A stretch of 64,000 bases of DNA from Eledone cirrhosa (lineage: Eukaryota), in contig OZ024741.1 of assembly GCA_964016885.1 (NCBI GenBank), positions 84,320,001-84,384,000 on the forward strand, given 5' to 3'. Within the stretch, counting starts at the first letter, position 1. Each line of letters begins with the position of its first letter. Below, one piece after another: positions 42,081 to 55,989 of the stretch. The notes beneath the pieces are model-generated. The model had not been told where the DNA came from. It saw nothing but the letters and a program-made list of their open reading frames with translations, and did no database searches. The translations under genes were made by a program, and so were the position numbers.

Positions 42081-42969
42081 AATTCAGACTTTTAAATGAA
42101 AATATATCAATTCCCGTCTGTAATGTAAATTTCCATTAATACAAATGTAAAAAATATATATAATAGAAACTATTTGCCCAAATGATCTTAGATAATCATA
42201 AAATATAACAAATAACAGGACTATCTTAGACAAAGTCTTCAGTGAATGATGTTTAATAATCTCTGGAGATGTGTGAAGTTCTATTAACTTTCAATCTTAT
42301 ACACTCTGTGATAGACACTTATATTTAAACGACATGCTAAAAAATCATTCAACTCACGAACAAAATTCAATAACCCCTCATCAATCAATAGAAGATATTG
42401 ACAAATATATATTTTAAGATGATGTTCACATAAATGTGTTCATTTCATCTTATAGAAATTTTTAATCTGGATAATATTAAACTAATAAGGATTCAGCGGA
42501 GACACTCATCGACGATGTTTGAAGAGTGAAATTGTGTGAAGCAGTCTGCCTATCTAAAGAGCATGTTTGTTTAAACTTAACCATTTCACAATCTTTTGTA
42601 AGAAATACAATGTAATTTAATTAATTAAGAATCTGTAGAGAATTATTAAATTATAAATTATTTCATTAATAAAATAATATTTGTTAACAACTTAAATCAA
42701 ATAATACTGTAATCTTGTGACGCTAAACTCCGCCAGTTGCAGACTGCGCATTAACATGTGATATCTCTCTTCACGATGTTCGATCACCAGCAGCAGAGTT
42801 CAAAGTGCAAAGATCAAGTCCAGTCCATAAATTGACATTGTCAAGCCATCGTTTTTGCTGCCGGCCTCTGCTTCTCTTACCAACTAATCCTACCAGGCAT
42901 AACCTACTCACACCATGAGTTGAACTTTTTTATATGGCCGTATAGTTTGAGTACTCTTGATTTGATAAT

Positions 42970-43270
42970 TGATGTTGAGCAGCTCGCTGATAGAGATACG
43001 GTCGCTGGTAAACCCTTCATCTGGGATTCCACATGCAACGGCACTTCGGGCCAAGGAGGGTAAACTCTGCAAATATCGGTCACTCTCAGATAGGTTTGTT
43101 GTCGAGCCCGTAGCAATGGAGAATTCTGGTTCCATTGGCCCTATGACCACCTCCCTACTCACCACTATCGGCACGCAGCTGGCTACGCGCAGGTGTGAGC
43201 CTGGCGAGATAGAATCCTCCGGGGAAAGGCCTATTCTATCCTGTCCGCCGGAGCTGCGGGGCAGCTAGTG
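42970..43270 (+). mobile_element. CRE-like LINE restriction-like endonuclease C-terminal fragment
   Basis: AKEGKLCKYRSLSDRFVVEPVAMENSGSIG...IGTQLATRRCEPGE pattern. Confidence 0.75.
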
Positions 43271-44349
43271 CGTGGGCTCCCATTTACTTATAATAGTGAG
43301 AGATGGGGAGAACGAGAGAGACGGAGGCAGTGACAATGGGTATTTGATTCCATTATGTTCAGCAGTAATGCACTGGGTAATTACTGGCGTTGTGCCAAAA
43401 GTAGAAACAACTATGTTCAGGCCTAATATATATATGTTTATATTTATTTACCATACCAGATATTTATGTATTTTATAAATCTGAATGTTTCTAATAGAGA
43501 TCAGTATTTTTGGTACAATGCATATTATGCATGGTTTCATTGTTTATTTCAACTATTTTGTATGAGAAGCCTCCAAAACATCATATTAGTATAGAACTCT
43601 GTATAATTGCCTTCGCCTTATCTTCTATGGCCTATGATAAGTTAAATGAGATTAGAAGTTTTGTTTGGAATATGATGACATATTATTCCACAAGGGATGT
43701 GAATAAGAAGATTATAAAAAAATTAATCTAGAGGCAAACTCATTTAATTGTTTGAATTCATAGGGTATGGTCATGCCGAGTTAAGGCCGTAAAAAAGAAA
43801 AGAAAGTTAGCTCATCTCAAATACTCGCTGAAAAGTATGATCTCAACATGGAATGCAATTAGAATTATTTCAAAGATATACCAATGCCTAACAAATACAG
43901 ACCTGAGATTATATATTAAGGGAGTGGTTAGAATGTCTCAGGAAAGAATTGCTAGAAAGATTTTATAGGAAAAACAATCGTACTCACTTTTTGCGGGAAG
44001 AATCTAAGAAGCCTAAATTGCAAACTGCTCTCTTTAAATCCAAACGAGAACAGCATGATATTTGGATACATCCACGGTTAGAGCAATTAAAATAGTTAAA
44101 GATAACGATTAAAACTCAAAGAAGGAAACAAAAGAATTCAATGACACCACATAGCTAATCAGTTTACTAACTGTCAGTTATACAAATAGGCACATTTATA
44201 TAATGGAATAGGGCATGTAGCTAATTTTTCATTTGAAAATAATAATAGAGATATGAGCTTCAGATTACATCAGGATTTCCCAGTATTTGATGCAGAGTGG
44301 TGGGCAATTATATTATCCATAGATTCAGCTAAAGCAATGTCATGGGAAA

Positions 44350-44545
44350 AAGCTTCACTATTTATCGATAGTTTATCGAACCTAGAAAGGTAACCTCGGC
44401 GGAATTTGAACTCAGAACAAAAGGAAAAATATCTACATGCCGTACATACGTTATCTGGCGCCCTACCGATACTGCCACACCACCACCCTATCTCCCAAGT
44501 AATAATGAATAAATAATAATGATTTTCATATTAGGCCATAAAGCC
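44350..44545 (-). mobile_element. Old Nin/Deu SINE inserted in the L-like segment
   Basis: AACCTCGGCGGAATTTGAACTCAG...CTACCGATACTGCCA. Confidence 0.75.
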
Positions 44546-45470
44546 ATTAGAAGAAAGTAGAGTAATTATCAAAGGAGAGAGTATAAACGGAAGAAAGAAC
44601 TATAGACTACGTTACAAACCAATCTCATGTTAAATTATTTAGTTAAAATATCATTAGTCATATCTGGGGAAATGTTGGGATGAATCTAGGGATAAGCTTA
44701 AACAGGCAACCTTCCACTATCTCATCGATATCTGTCAACATTTAAAACTTATTAGACATTGATTAATGTTAATGAAAAAAAAAACTATGCTAACTTCGAA
44801 CAGGCCATATACCTTTGAAATATATTATATCAAGAACAGGTTGAATAGAGTCACCTCTATATTCTTTGGAGACTACCAGTAATATTTTGGCCCTATTTGT
44901 TTCAATGCAGAAACTCCCTGTCTGAAAGAGATCGCATCATGAAAATGATAATTAAAATTTTAACAAGAATGGTGGGTACATTTTATTGTCAAAGACCTGA
45001 TATATATGAACAAGACCTGTCAGCACTTGGAGGCTAAGAATCGATTCAACAAGAGAAACGTTTTGTTGCCTTATAACTGCCCTTGTTTCCTTTATCTTAT
45101 TTATGCTTCTTTTGATTATGGTGGCTTTCCCTTTTTATTCTTTTTATGTATTCATGTACTTTGGTTTTGGTTCATAATAACCGTAAGGGCTCACAGATAC
45201 CTCCACTAATTTTTCTTGACATACTAGTATCGTAAGTGGGGGTTTAAATTGATTAATTAAATACATAACTAAAGCCTTCCAAGGATTGAAACCTCGAGTA
45301 TAGTTTAAGAAGACCAGTGCGCTAATCTCTGGGCTACGGAGAATTTAACGTTTAACCATCATTTAACCACTATACAAGATTAATTGAAATAATGTATATA
45401 ACTCATAGACACAGAGAAATACATTTAAACACACACCCCTTCACACATATACATATATACATACATACAT

Positions 45471-45541
<71 letters not shown>

Positions 45542-46298
45542 AATATGTGTGTGTATGGATGTATATATATATATATATGTGTGTGTGAAGGGGTGTGTGT
45601 TTAGATGTATTTATCTGTGTCTATGAGTGTGTGAGTGTGTGTGTGAGTGTATGCGTTATCGAATCGATAGGAATCATATTTATTATGGCCTCGGCTTCTC
45701 TCGATTATATATATATATATGTATATATGTATATGTGTACGTGTGTGAGAGAGAGTGTATGTGTGTGTGTGTATATATATGCCTGTATGTGTGCCTAAAT
45801 GTGTCTGTACGCATATATGTTTTTGTGTCTGTATGTAAATATATATATATATGCATGCACATTCACCAATCCGCTTAAACGAACATGTTGACAACCAATC
45901 GCACGTACAAAATAACAAAACGAGCGTAGAAACACAAATGAGATAGACATTGTTGTCTTATTTTTCTAATATATATTGTTGCTCAATATAATTGACAGCA
46001 ATATAATTATTTTTAGAATAAGGACAGAGTTCAATAATTAATTTATTGCAATTCTATTGTCGCTGCCTTCAGCAAATAGCATTAACACTTGTTATTATTG
46101 TAGTCTCAGACTCCTTAATACAACATACTTTGAAGTCGAAAGACAAACATCGCAAACAGCTCTATACATTTAAGTTCAAAATTATTGGGAAATTCTTTTA
46201 GCGTCAGACTAAAATCTTCAAGTGTGCGTATATATGTACTTATCTGTCTGCTTATCTATCCCCCTCTCTCTCTCTCTTTCTCCCCCCCCCCCTCTCTT

Positions 46299-46333
<35 letters not shown>

Positions 46334-46439
46334 GTATATATATATATATAAGCGTTTTGAAATAGCGGTGTATACATGAATGTATGTATAGAATATTTGG
46401 CAATATACCGTAAGTTTAATTAAAAACATTTAGAAGACC

Positions 46440-47246
46440 ATTCGCTATTAGTTTTAAAATAGTGATTATATCACTTACTTGTTTTCGGCGAAAACAAAGA
46501 GAGAGTAATTGACAGTCTGTTTCTAGCTCCAAAGCAGGACTTCACCTGAAGGAGGTTATGCTTTCAAGTTGGTGGGATTGGAAATCTTGTCTTTTTGAGC
46601 TTCTCTCCACAGACAGGACCATCGATTTATATATGTACCATGACCAGCTGGACTAAATAAACGTAGCAATCAACCAGAAATGTTCTGCAGTTGCTAATCA
46701 TAAGAACATTATCTCTCATCACGACAATGCAAGAACACACATCCCTGCAGACGCGGCAGAAGTTAGTGTGGCTTGGCTGGGAAGTTTTACCGAATAATAT
46801 AAACCTACACTAGTCAGAAAACACCATACACAATACAATTACTCGGTTAAGTGGAAATCATAATGCTTAACAAAGATTACCGTTGATTACAAGCAAATTC
46901 ATCCACCAAATATTTAAAATCTAATCACAAACAAACAGCAATATTTCAGCAATAATAAATCTAAACGAAATTTACGCCACTTGCACCTTCAGATTTCCGC
47001 CTGTTTCGGTATTTTCAAAATCCAATAAATTGACAGACCATCAACTCTGAATGGGATGTAAAATTTACTTGGCAGAGCAAAGACAGGACTTCTTTGAGCA
47101 GGGATTACTGAATCTATTTAGAAAATGGCTGAGGATACTGGGACAAACAGTAATTATATCATTGACTGAAAAAGTCGCGTTGTTTTTAAACCTTGTGTCT
47201 TATTTTCACTAAGAATCCAAACAAACATTTTGGCTAACCCAAAATA
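46440..47246 (+). mobile_element. Decayed mariner transposase 3' half with ~185-bp insertion (46792-46980)
   Basis: VML..WWDW, FELL, HHDNART, LGWEVLP, LAPSDF.LFR motifs; TIR-like end TTTTGGCTAACCCAAAATA. Confidence 0.88.
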
Positions 47247-47274
47247 TTCATTATTATGGTTAATTGGTGAGTTA

Positions 47275-47307
47275 TGTTACTCTGGAGTTTCATGGGATCA
47301 TCAGACG
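47275..47307 (-). ncRNA. Ultra-short hammerhead-like motif without a paired stem II
   Basis: CGT-CTGATGA-TCCCAT-GAAA-CTC.CA.GAG-TA-ACA. Confidence 0.5.
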
Positions 47308-48174
47308 AGAATAAATTTCCAATAACAGATATAATTGTTTCTACTTTTGGCACAAGGCCAGCATTTACCCAGTGTATTACTGGTACTTTATTTTATCGAC
47401 CCCGTAATATACACAGGGTAGAGCTAGATGAGAATGGAGTGTATATCGATGTTTCTGGGAGGGGGTGGAGAGGGTGGCCAGTATGAGAGATAGAGATGAT
47501 ATGGGAAAGAAGAGACAAAAGGGAGTTATATATAGTAACAAGAAAAAGGAAGTAAAAAGAAATAACACGAAGGTATAGTAGAGGGTATGAACGATGGTGA
47601 TGATGATAAAGTTAATATGAATTAGTAAAATTAGCACAAGGGTGAAATTGAAGGAGATGAAGAGTTGGATAAACAAAAATGAATAGAGTATAGTAGAACA
47701 TTGAAAATCATTAGAGAATGGGTAGTTGAATGTATATCAATTGAAAAGGCAAATAAAATATTTAGTTGATAATGGAATTTCTTGAGAAAACAGTGGTAAT
47801 GTTATTACAAAGATGATAAATGAAGTTAAAAATAGGAATTAGTACAATTAGCAAAAGGATGAAATGTTAAGAAACAATGAATTGGTAATAATCTTTGTGT
47901 AGTGATAGTTGGTGAAGTGAACCAAATGAAACGGTTCGATAGATATCTGCTTACAGATGGTACTAGCGGAAGTTGATAGCGATGTTTAGGTCGATGATAA
48001 TAATGGATAGCGTAAATAAAATGAATAGGAAATAAGTGAGTGTATATCAATTGATTGAGCCAGGGATATATATATATATATAGTGTATTAGTGTTCGGCT
48101 ACCGATGTGGCAATCTACGTTTGGTACCTCACCATAGTCAGTATCCCTAAGAAATAGATTGTTAATAATAATAA

Positions 48175-48548
48175 TTATAGTAATTTCAGTTTTAGGCACA
48201 AGGCCGGCAATTTTGGGGGAAGGGAAATCTATTAAATCACCCCAGCGCATTACTGTTGCTTTATTTATCGACTCCGTAAGGATAAAAGGCAAAGCTAACC
48301 TTGGCAGGATTCGAGCTCTGAAGTCCAAGCATGTTGTCCGATGCTCTACTGATACTGCCAGTGCACCGCCCTAATAATAATAATTATCATTTCTACTTTT
48401 GGCACAAGGCCAGAAATAAGACAGTAAATTACTGGTATTTTATTTTATCGACCCCGAAAGGATGAAAGGCAAAGTTAACCTCGGCGGGATTTGAAATCAG
48501 ACCGTAAAGGGACGTAACTATGCTGAAAAGCATGGTGTCTGACCCTCT
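48175..48548 (-). mobile_element. Two tandem Nin/Deu SINEs
   Basis: Reverse-strand consensus matches at ~48175-48372 and ~48385-48548. Confidence 0.85.
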
Positions 48549-49839
48549 GAACGAAGTATATAACATAATTTACGTTTAACGCGTTGCCAGTTATGTCCAA
48601 ACAAGTATACCTGGTCTGCATTGTTGAAACCGGGCGGGATTTGCAAAACTCTTCAGAATGAACCAGCGGTTAATTGGATGACTGAATGTCTACAAATCAA
48701 CAGCAGGCACTCTCTGCACTATTTCTCTACCTGAATTTCACTCACAAAACTCAGACACGTAGCTGATCTTGGTGGAATTCGGCAGAGTCCACTATGTTTG
48801 ACATTCGGATTAGGTTCTAATTTTGAGGTTACATTCATTCGTCACTCTTTCCAATTTCGTAATTGGTGTCACATGTTCAGTATTTTCCTCATTAAATAGA
48901 GTGTAAACAGAGATAGTACAATTGTTTAGCGGTGAAATTTAAAACTATTCTCCCTGGTCGTTAACATAGAAAACTTCAGTCAAATTATGCTTACACTGAT
49001 TGATATCCTTGTATTAGTAAAATATCAGAGGGGACTAGAAGGACAATGGACTATATTTGCTATGTAAATATAAATGAAACTTTATTAAATGTTTTGTTAC
49101 AATATTTCTAATGAAAGGTGCTGTTTAGAATTTTCAAATACACTTGCAAATATTCAAGAATTTTTTGTGTGTTTGGTGCATACCTTTTAAAATGTTTTTA
49201 TATGAAATTAAAATAGAGGTAATTTAGATAAACAAACCACTTTAAATCAAATTGTTTTTTATCTTAGAAGCAAGGGAGGTTACAGCTGGATTAGTATAAT
49301 ATCTGATAAATATTTCTGCATCACGTTACTATCTCTTACCTGTTACTACAGCAGAACTACATGAAGTGCCCGATTAAATACAGAAAAAATTTCAAGAGAG
49401 TATTGAAATGATAAGTCACGTGGAATGATGTTTCTACCAATATCGTCAATTACTTCAAACAGTGATTAATGTCAGTATAAAATTATAAGTCTCTTATTAT
49501 TTACAACATTACAACAAGCCTACTTATTTATAAACTGTGACATTACATTGGGAAGCCGAACTATTCGTTTTGTTGTATCTTTTATCCTGACGCCTAATAA
49601 AAGCGGACTAATTCTCAAAGCAATGGCGACACACGTTTTCACAGCATCTACTAAACTGTACAAACACTGAAGTTGGAGTGAATAACTGTCGTGTCCATTA
49701 TCAATTGAAATTTCTGTCACACTGTATAAAACACACACACACAAAAACACACACACATATATATATGTATGTATATATATATAAATATATTTATGCATAT
49801 ATTTACACATATATATATATATATGTGTGTGTGTGTTTA

Positions 49840-49932
<93 letters not shown>

Positions 49933-50522
49933 CAGATAATGGTGATAGTTCAAAATCAGTGGTTGCTCGTATTTTCACAAACATACTATGAATCTAATAC
50001 TTACACAAGCAATAACACTTGCCTTACACTTTCATTTGACGCCACGTCGAAAAGTAACTATTATAACGATCAATGAAACACACAGAAACACAGAGATACA
50101 CTCACACAAACACACAGACGCACACACGCACACACAAACACATTTTTCTGTATCAGCAAAAAATGTGGAATAATTGTATGTCTGTGGTAAAAAGCGAAAA
50201 ATACGCTCTCATAAAAATAAGAGAGAAAATGGGGAGACGAAAACAAAGCACCGGCGAGAGAAGGAAAGAGTAAGGAGTGTGTGATGTGGAGAGAGAAGAA
50301 AGGAAAAAATGAGGAATATGTTCCCATGGAGGGCATTTGTATTGAATACCGATTCAAAGTTATAAAACCTTTTCAGCTGTCAATGGTAAGCCAAAGAATT
50401 CGAATATGCATTGTTGTTGGAGGATATTTATTGAACAAAAATGATTTTCCCGTACGGGACCCCATGCATGAATGGCTGCGCGAAGAATGGAGAAGATGGA
50501 TGTGTGTGTGTCTGTGTGTGTG

Positions 50523-50577
<55 letters not shown>

Positions 50578-50683
50578 ACGTATGTGTATACATAAGTACA
50601 GCTATTTCTATGAGATGTAATCAATTTTCATAGCCGCCGATATAGTATTTGGACCTGGAAACATTCACAATCGTTTGTCCGCT

Positions 50684-50745
<62 letters not shown>

Positions 50746-50760
50746 CATCTATATATATAC

Positions 50761-50797
<37 letters not shown>

Positions 50798-51215
50798 CAT
50801 ACACTTCTATTATACACTTCTATTATTATCGAAAATGTTCCGAAAAGATTTTCATTTCACCCCTGAGAATAATAGTCTATAAGTTGTACGTATCTGAGCG
50901 TGTAAGTTAAAATGTCCAGGTAAATACTACTATGAACTTTTTCAGTAGATTTTGTCAAACATTTTATTTACACAGAGGTACTTATTCCTTTCCCCCATCT
51001 TCTGTCTATCTCACCCACTATCTTTCTTCCACTTTTCCCATTTACACTTTCCCCCAACATTTTACTCTATATCTTTCAATCATTCTATACTTTTCTCTCT
51101 CTCTATATATATATATATATCCCTCTCTCTCTCTCTCGCTCTCTCTCTCTCTCCCTTGTCTGTATATGTAGATATAGATAGATGTATATACATGTGTGTG
51201 TGTATATATGTATAC

Positions 51216-51266
<51 letters not shown>

Positions 51267-51349
51267 CTCTATGTCTGCCCTCGTTGAATTATTTTTTCGT
51301 GTTTGTTATTACATTTCCTTACATTGTTCATTCATGTTTGAGATATTAT

Positions 51350-52345
51350 TAAAAGAACAACAACACCAATAAAATACCAACAGTCACACGTTTGACAATA
51401 ACAACGTCACCAGCCACCTCTATCATTACAACACTATAAGCAACTACAATACAAGCAATAGAATGAGAATTCCAACAACGACTAAAATATCTACTACAAC
51501 AAAAACCAGAGCAGAGACCAAGAAAATAAAAATGCCAGGAGTGGAATTGTAAGCTACCACAACAACCCTGTCAGTGACGGCTACAACATTATTGGCACTA
51601 CCAGCAATATCAATATCAACAAAGGCACCACCAAAAACTATATTGACACCACAATAACAACAGTATCACAATCAGTAACAATGACACCACCAACACTATC
51701 GACACATCCTTGGCAAAACCTATACCACCACAATATTTAAGATAGCACCAACAATATTAACACCACCCAAACAACATCGACTATGCCAGTCAATTTTGAC
51801 ATAAACAACAACCACAACCACACCAACACCAACAAAAATTCTGACTCTAACAACACCGACACCATAAACCACAGCAAAAATTACAACAACGAAAACATTA
51901 ACAACAATATCAACAGTGAACGCATGATGAATGACCTGAAAAACGACGTTATTTGAAACAACTCCCACCCAGTGACAACTTATACAAAAGCATCAAGAGA
52001 TGTGGAAGCATTAACAATAACAACGACAGTGGATCTAAAGACATCAACAACAACGTTAACAAAAACAATAACTACAAGAGCAGCAACACATACGCTGAAA
52101 CAGGTTAAACAATAACAAAAAGCAACGAATGGCACACACACACACACAGGTGGTAACATTAACAATAACATACAACAACAAGAACAACAATGAAACAAGC
52201 AAATATAAAAATTAGCAACAGTCGCAGCGTCAACGTAAGAAATATTCTCAACAACAAAAACAATAGCAACACAAACAGTGATAATATAAAAAAAAATCCA
52301 CATGCAGAATTACAAAAACCACAACGACTATAACACCACATCTCC
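51350..52345. repeat. Degenerate (CAA/ACA)n low-complexity tract
   Basis: About 1 kb of CAA-rich triplet-like sequence with interspersed stops. Confidence 0.8.
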
Positions 52346-52523
52346 ATGTCCCGATTGACAAAAAGAACGGTGATATGATATCCATTAATAAAATATTAGT
52401 TTTGTATTCTATAACTCTTTGAATAAAGTATAGTTTTATTGTTTGGTTGATTGATCCCATTTGATTTCACACCTATATACTGCGGTGATGCCATACATGC
52501 ACTTGTCCTCACACATACACAAA

Positions 52524-52619
<96 letters not shown>

Positions 52620-52975
52620 ATATATGGAGAGAGAGAGGAGTGTGGGAGGGAGAGAGAAATGTGTATATGTGAATATACGTGTATATATATATATATATTT
52701 ATAATTGTGTGTGAGAGAAAGAGAGAGAGACAGAGAATGTATGAATATGTGCTTGCATTTAAATATAAGCATTGTAAATGGTACAAAAACTGATTGAGGC
52801 AGGTCTGTATTATAGATTCACTAGACCTTCAGTTGACCAATAACTCACAAACTGTGCAAATGTACGAGAATTCTATGGAGGTATTTTCACTTCCATGTTT
52901 GGTTAGCAATTTATCAACGTTTAAACAAACTGATTCTTCTTGTAAAGATATTCTCGCGTGAATAAGTTAGTTAGT

Positions 52976-53011
<36 letters not shown>

Positions 53012-53725
53012 TAGTAGTACCAGCAGCAGCAGTAGCAGCAGCGTTAGCATCAGATTAAATCTGTATCGGCAGAACCATGTTCAAATGTCTAGAAATATAT
53101 TGTGTTCCCTTTCCATAAGATGGTAGGGTATGATCTGAAGGGAATTTGGCTACTATGTCTAGCATATGGAAATATACATGCATAATAAATATATTAGAAG
53201 ATACTAATCTACATACATGTTTTTACGTGCCCTGGTTGTGGGGAGTAGAAGGTGGACAGGCAGTATTGGTAAATCGTCTGATAAAATGCGGTATTTCCTT
53301 TTGGCTCTTAAACTTCTGAGTTCATATCTCGCCGAGGACAACTTGGCCTTTCATAATTCACTGGCCGATAAAATAAAGTAGCAACCAAGTGCCGGAATTC
53401 GTTTGATCAAATGTGACTTTCACGAAAATTTGCTGGATATAGAAAATAAAGTAATTGGGAGCAAGCACAGACGTCCATGGAACAGTCACATACTTCATCC
53501 TCAAATGTCAGTCTTTGATGGAAAGAGGGTTGCATGATTACTTATCTGATACAATCTTCTTTTCCCCGGAAACAATGAATAGCACAGTTATCCGAAGTGG
53601 ATATGTACACGAGGTGCTTGGAGCCTCAGGAAATATCACGACGTATCCTGTCTGTCACTTCGGCGCCAAATAGATATCGATCTGCGTAAAAATAAATAAT
53701 ATATATATATATACACACACACACA

Positions 53726-53770
<45 letters not shown>

Positions 53771-53903
53771 TCTCTTGGAGACTTGCGTGAGAAGGGATGA
53801 ATGCCCTTTGTAGCAGGCTTGTAACATTAAATCCATAAAATAAGATGTTGAGGTATTCGACACACCACCAGCCAAGCAGTGAACATTGATGTATATCTGT
53901 TAT

Positions 53904-53936
<33 letters not shown>

Positions 53937-53937
<1 letters not shown>

Positions 53938-55974
53938 TAGATTACTAAATGAGGAGAATGAATGGGAAGAAGAGACCCTACCCCAAGTAGACCCTATAGA
54001 GGGGCCAGCAGTACAAGTCAGCAGCAGTGTAGTAAGTAAGACAATCAAAGATATGAAGATGGGGAAGGCAACCGGTCCATCGGGTATAGCTGCCGAGATG
54101 CTGAAGGCATCTGGGTTTGTAGGTCACAATATAACCACACGTATTGTTAACCAGGTAATACTAGAAGGTGTCATACCAAAAGATTGGTGCAGTAGCATCA
54201 TTGTCAACTGCTACAAAGGTAAAGGTGATGCACTCGATAGAGGAAACTATAGAGGTATGAAGCTGATGGACCAGGTCATGAAAGTAACAGAAAGAGTTAT
54301 AGCACAGTTGATTATGGGCCGGGTGAAACTAGATGAGATGCAATTTGGGTTTGTACCAGGAAGAGGCACCACTGATGCCCTCTTCCTTGTGAGGCAGTTA
54401 CAGGAAAAGTACCTAGCTAAAAGTAAGCCACTCTACCTGGCATTCGTCGATCTCGAGAAAGCCTTTGACAGAGTTCCACGTGCTGTAATCTGGTGGGCTC
54501 TTAGAAAACTAGGAGTAGATGAATGGCTTGTGAAAGCTGTACAAGCCATGTATAGGGGAGCAGTCAGCAAAGTTAGGATTAGCAATGAGTATAGCGAGGA
54601 ATTTAGCGTACAGGTTGGGGTCCACCAGGGCTCTGTTCTTAGCCCTCTCCTGTTCATCATAGTCCTGCAGGCAATAACGGAGGAGTTTAAGACTGGATGC
54701 CCATGGGAACTCCTGTATGCTGATGACCTCGCACTTATAGCTGAATCTATGGTAGAACTAGAGAAGAAATTCCAAACTTGGAAGCAGGGACTAGAAAGAA
54801 AGGGTCTCAAAGTCAACATGACAAAGACTAAGGTCCTTGTAAGTAGACGAGAAAACAGAACCCAGATCCCCTCAGGGAAATGGCCTTGCTCATATGTATA
54901 AAAGGTGTAGGTAGGAACTTCATTCTCTGCCCCAAAGGCAAACAATGGGTACACAAGAGATGTAGAGGGATTCAGGAAGCTTAATTAAGAATGTAGGCTT
55001 CACATGCAGCAGCTGTACTGGGACAGCAAGCAGCAAACAGCCACAGGAAACAAGTACCACCAATCTCTGGGAGGGCTCTGTAGAGACAGTAGACAGCATC
55101 TGCTACCTAGGTGACCAAATTAGCAGCGGAGGTGGGTGTTCAGAAAGTACAATAACTAGTGTAAGAACGGGATGGAAGAAGTTCAGGGAACTACTTCCAC
55201 TGCTAGCTGCAAAAGGCTTCTCCCTCAAAATGAAAGGCAGACTGAATGATGCGTGTATCCGAACAGCAATGTTACATGATAGTGAGACCTGGGCGTTGAA
55301 GGTGGAAGACTTACGTAGATTAGAGAGAAACGAAGCTTGCATGCTCCGATGGATGTGTAATAGTAACATACGCGAACGACAAAGCATAAATGAATTGAGA
55401 GAGAGACTGAGCATAAGAGGAATCAAATGCTGTGTGTTGGAGAGGCGGTTGCGTTGGTACGGACATGTGATGCGTATGAAGGATGACAGCTGCATAAAAA
55501 GGTGCAGAGCACTAGAAGTCGATGGAAACTGCGAAGTGGGGAGACCCAAGATGACCTGGGATGAGGTGATAAAAGCCGACCTTACCCAATTACACCTCTC
55601 AAAGGCGATGACACACGACCGTGACCTCTGGCGTCACGCAATAATACAGAGTACCCGACCTCCCATTGGTACAAGCTGAAGCATATAGACAATATGCCCC
55701 CACACCCTTCTACTGCAAGGTGGTCGTGGAGGTGCTACGGCAAAAAAGCACCCAGCCCACACTGTAAAGTGGACGTGTAGGCGCCACGAAAAAGCACCCA
55801 GCACTCACTGTAAATGAGGTTGGTGTTAGGAAGGGCATCCAGCTGTAGAAATCAAGCCAAATCAGTTCCTGTATGAGCAAAGCATGGTCAGCCGACCAGA
55901 CACTGCCCACAACAGGACAACCCGTCTAACCCATGCTAGCGTGGAAGAACGGACGTAAAACGGTGATGATGTTG
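53937..55974 (+). mobile_element. 5'-truncated RTE-clade LINE, relatively young
   Basis: Open RT region (KATGPSG, NYRG, QFGF, FVDLEKAFD, GVHQGSVLSP, LLYADD); frameshifted Cys-rich/WVHKRC insert; RRLRWYGHVMR and GRPK C-terminus; (GAT)n tail; sits in (TA)n. Confidence 0.96.
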
Positions 55975-55989
55975 ATATATATATAGTTT

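Larger units (their letters stand above)
42180..45075 (+). pseudogene. Decayed Mononegavirales-like L (RdRp) gene fragment, interrupted by transposon insertions
   Basis: Ordered motif remnants: HRVW/GHA (43760-43780), AVKKKRK, KYRPEI, SLFAG (~43990), GYIH/RAI (~44065), LSKERV*TEER (~44566), LFS*NIISHIWGNVGM (~44635), TFEIYYIKNR..TSIFF..YFG (44811), LGG*ESIQQ (45026). Confidence 0.62.

Noticed and set aside
45270-45340. tRNA-like sequence on the minus strand
   Set aside because: Degenerate with no complete cloverleaf; more likely a SINE head remnant than a tRNA gene.
51350-52345. Mucin-like Thr-rich (plus) or Val-rich (minus) ORFs
   Set aside because: Low-complexity CAA repeat with frequent stops and no splice support.
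54433-55549. Antisense ORFs of 173 and 148 aa over the RTE element
   Set aside because: Shadow frames of the RT coding strand.
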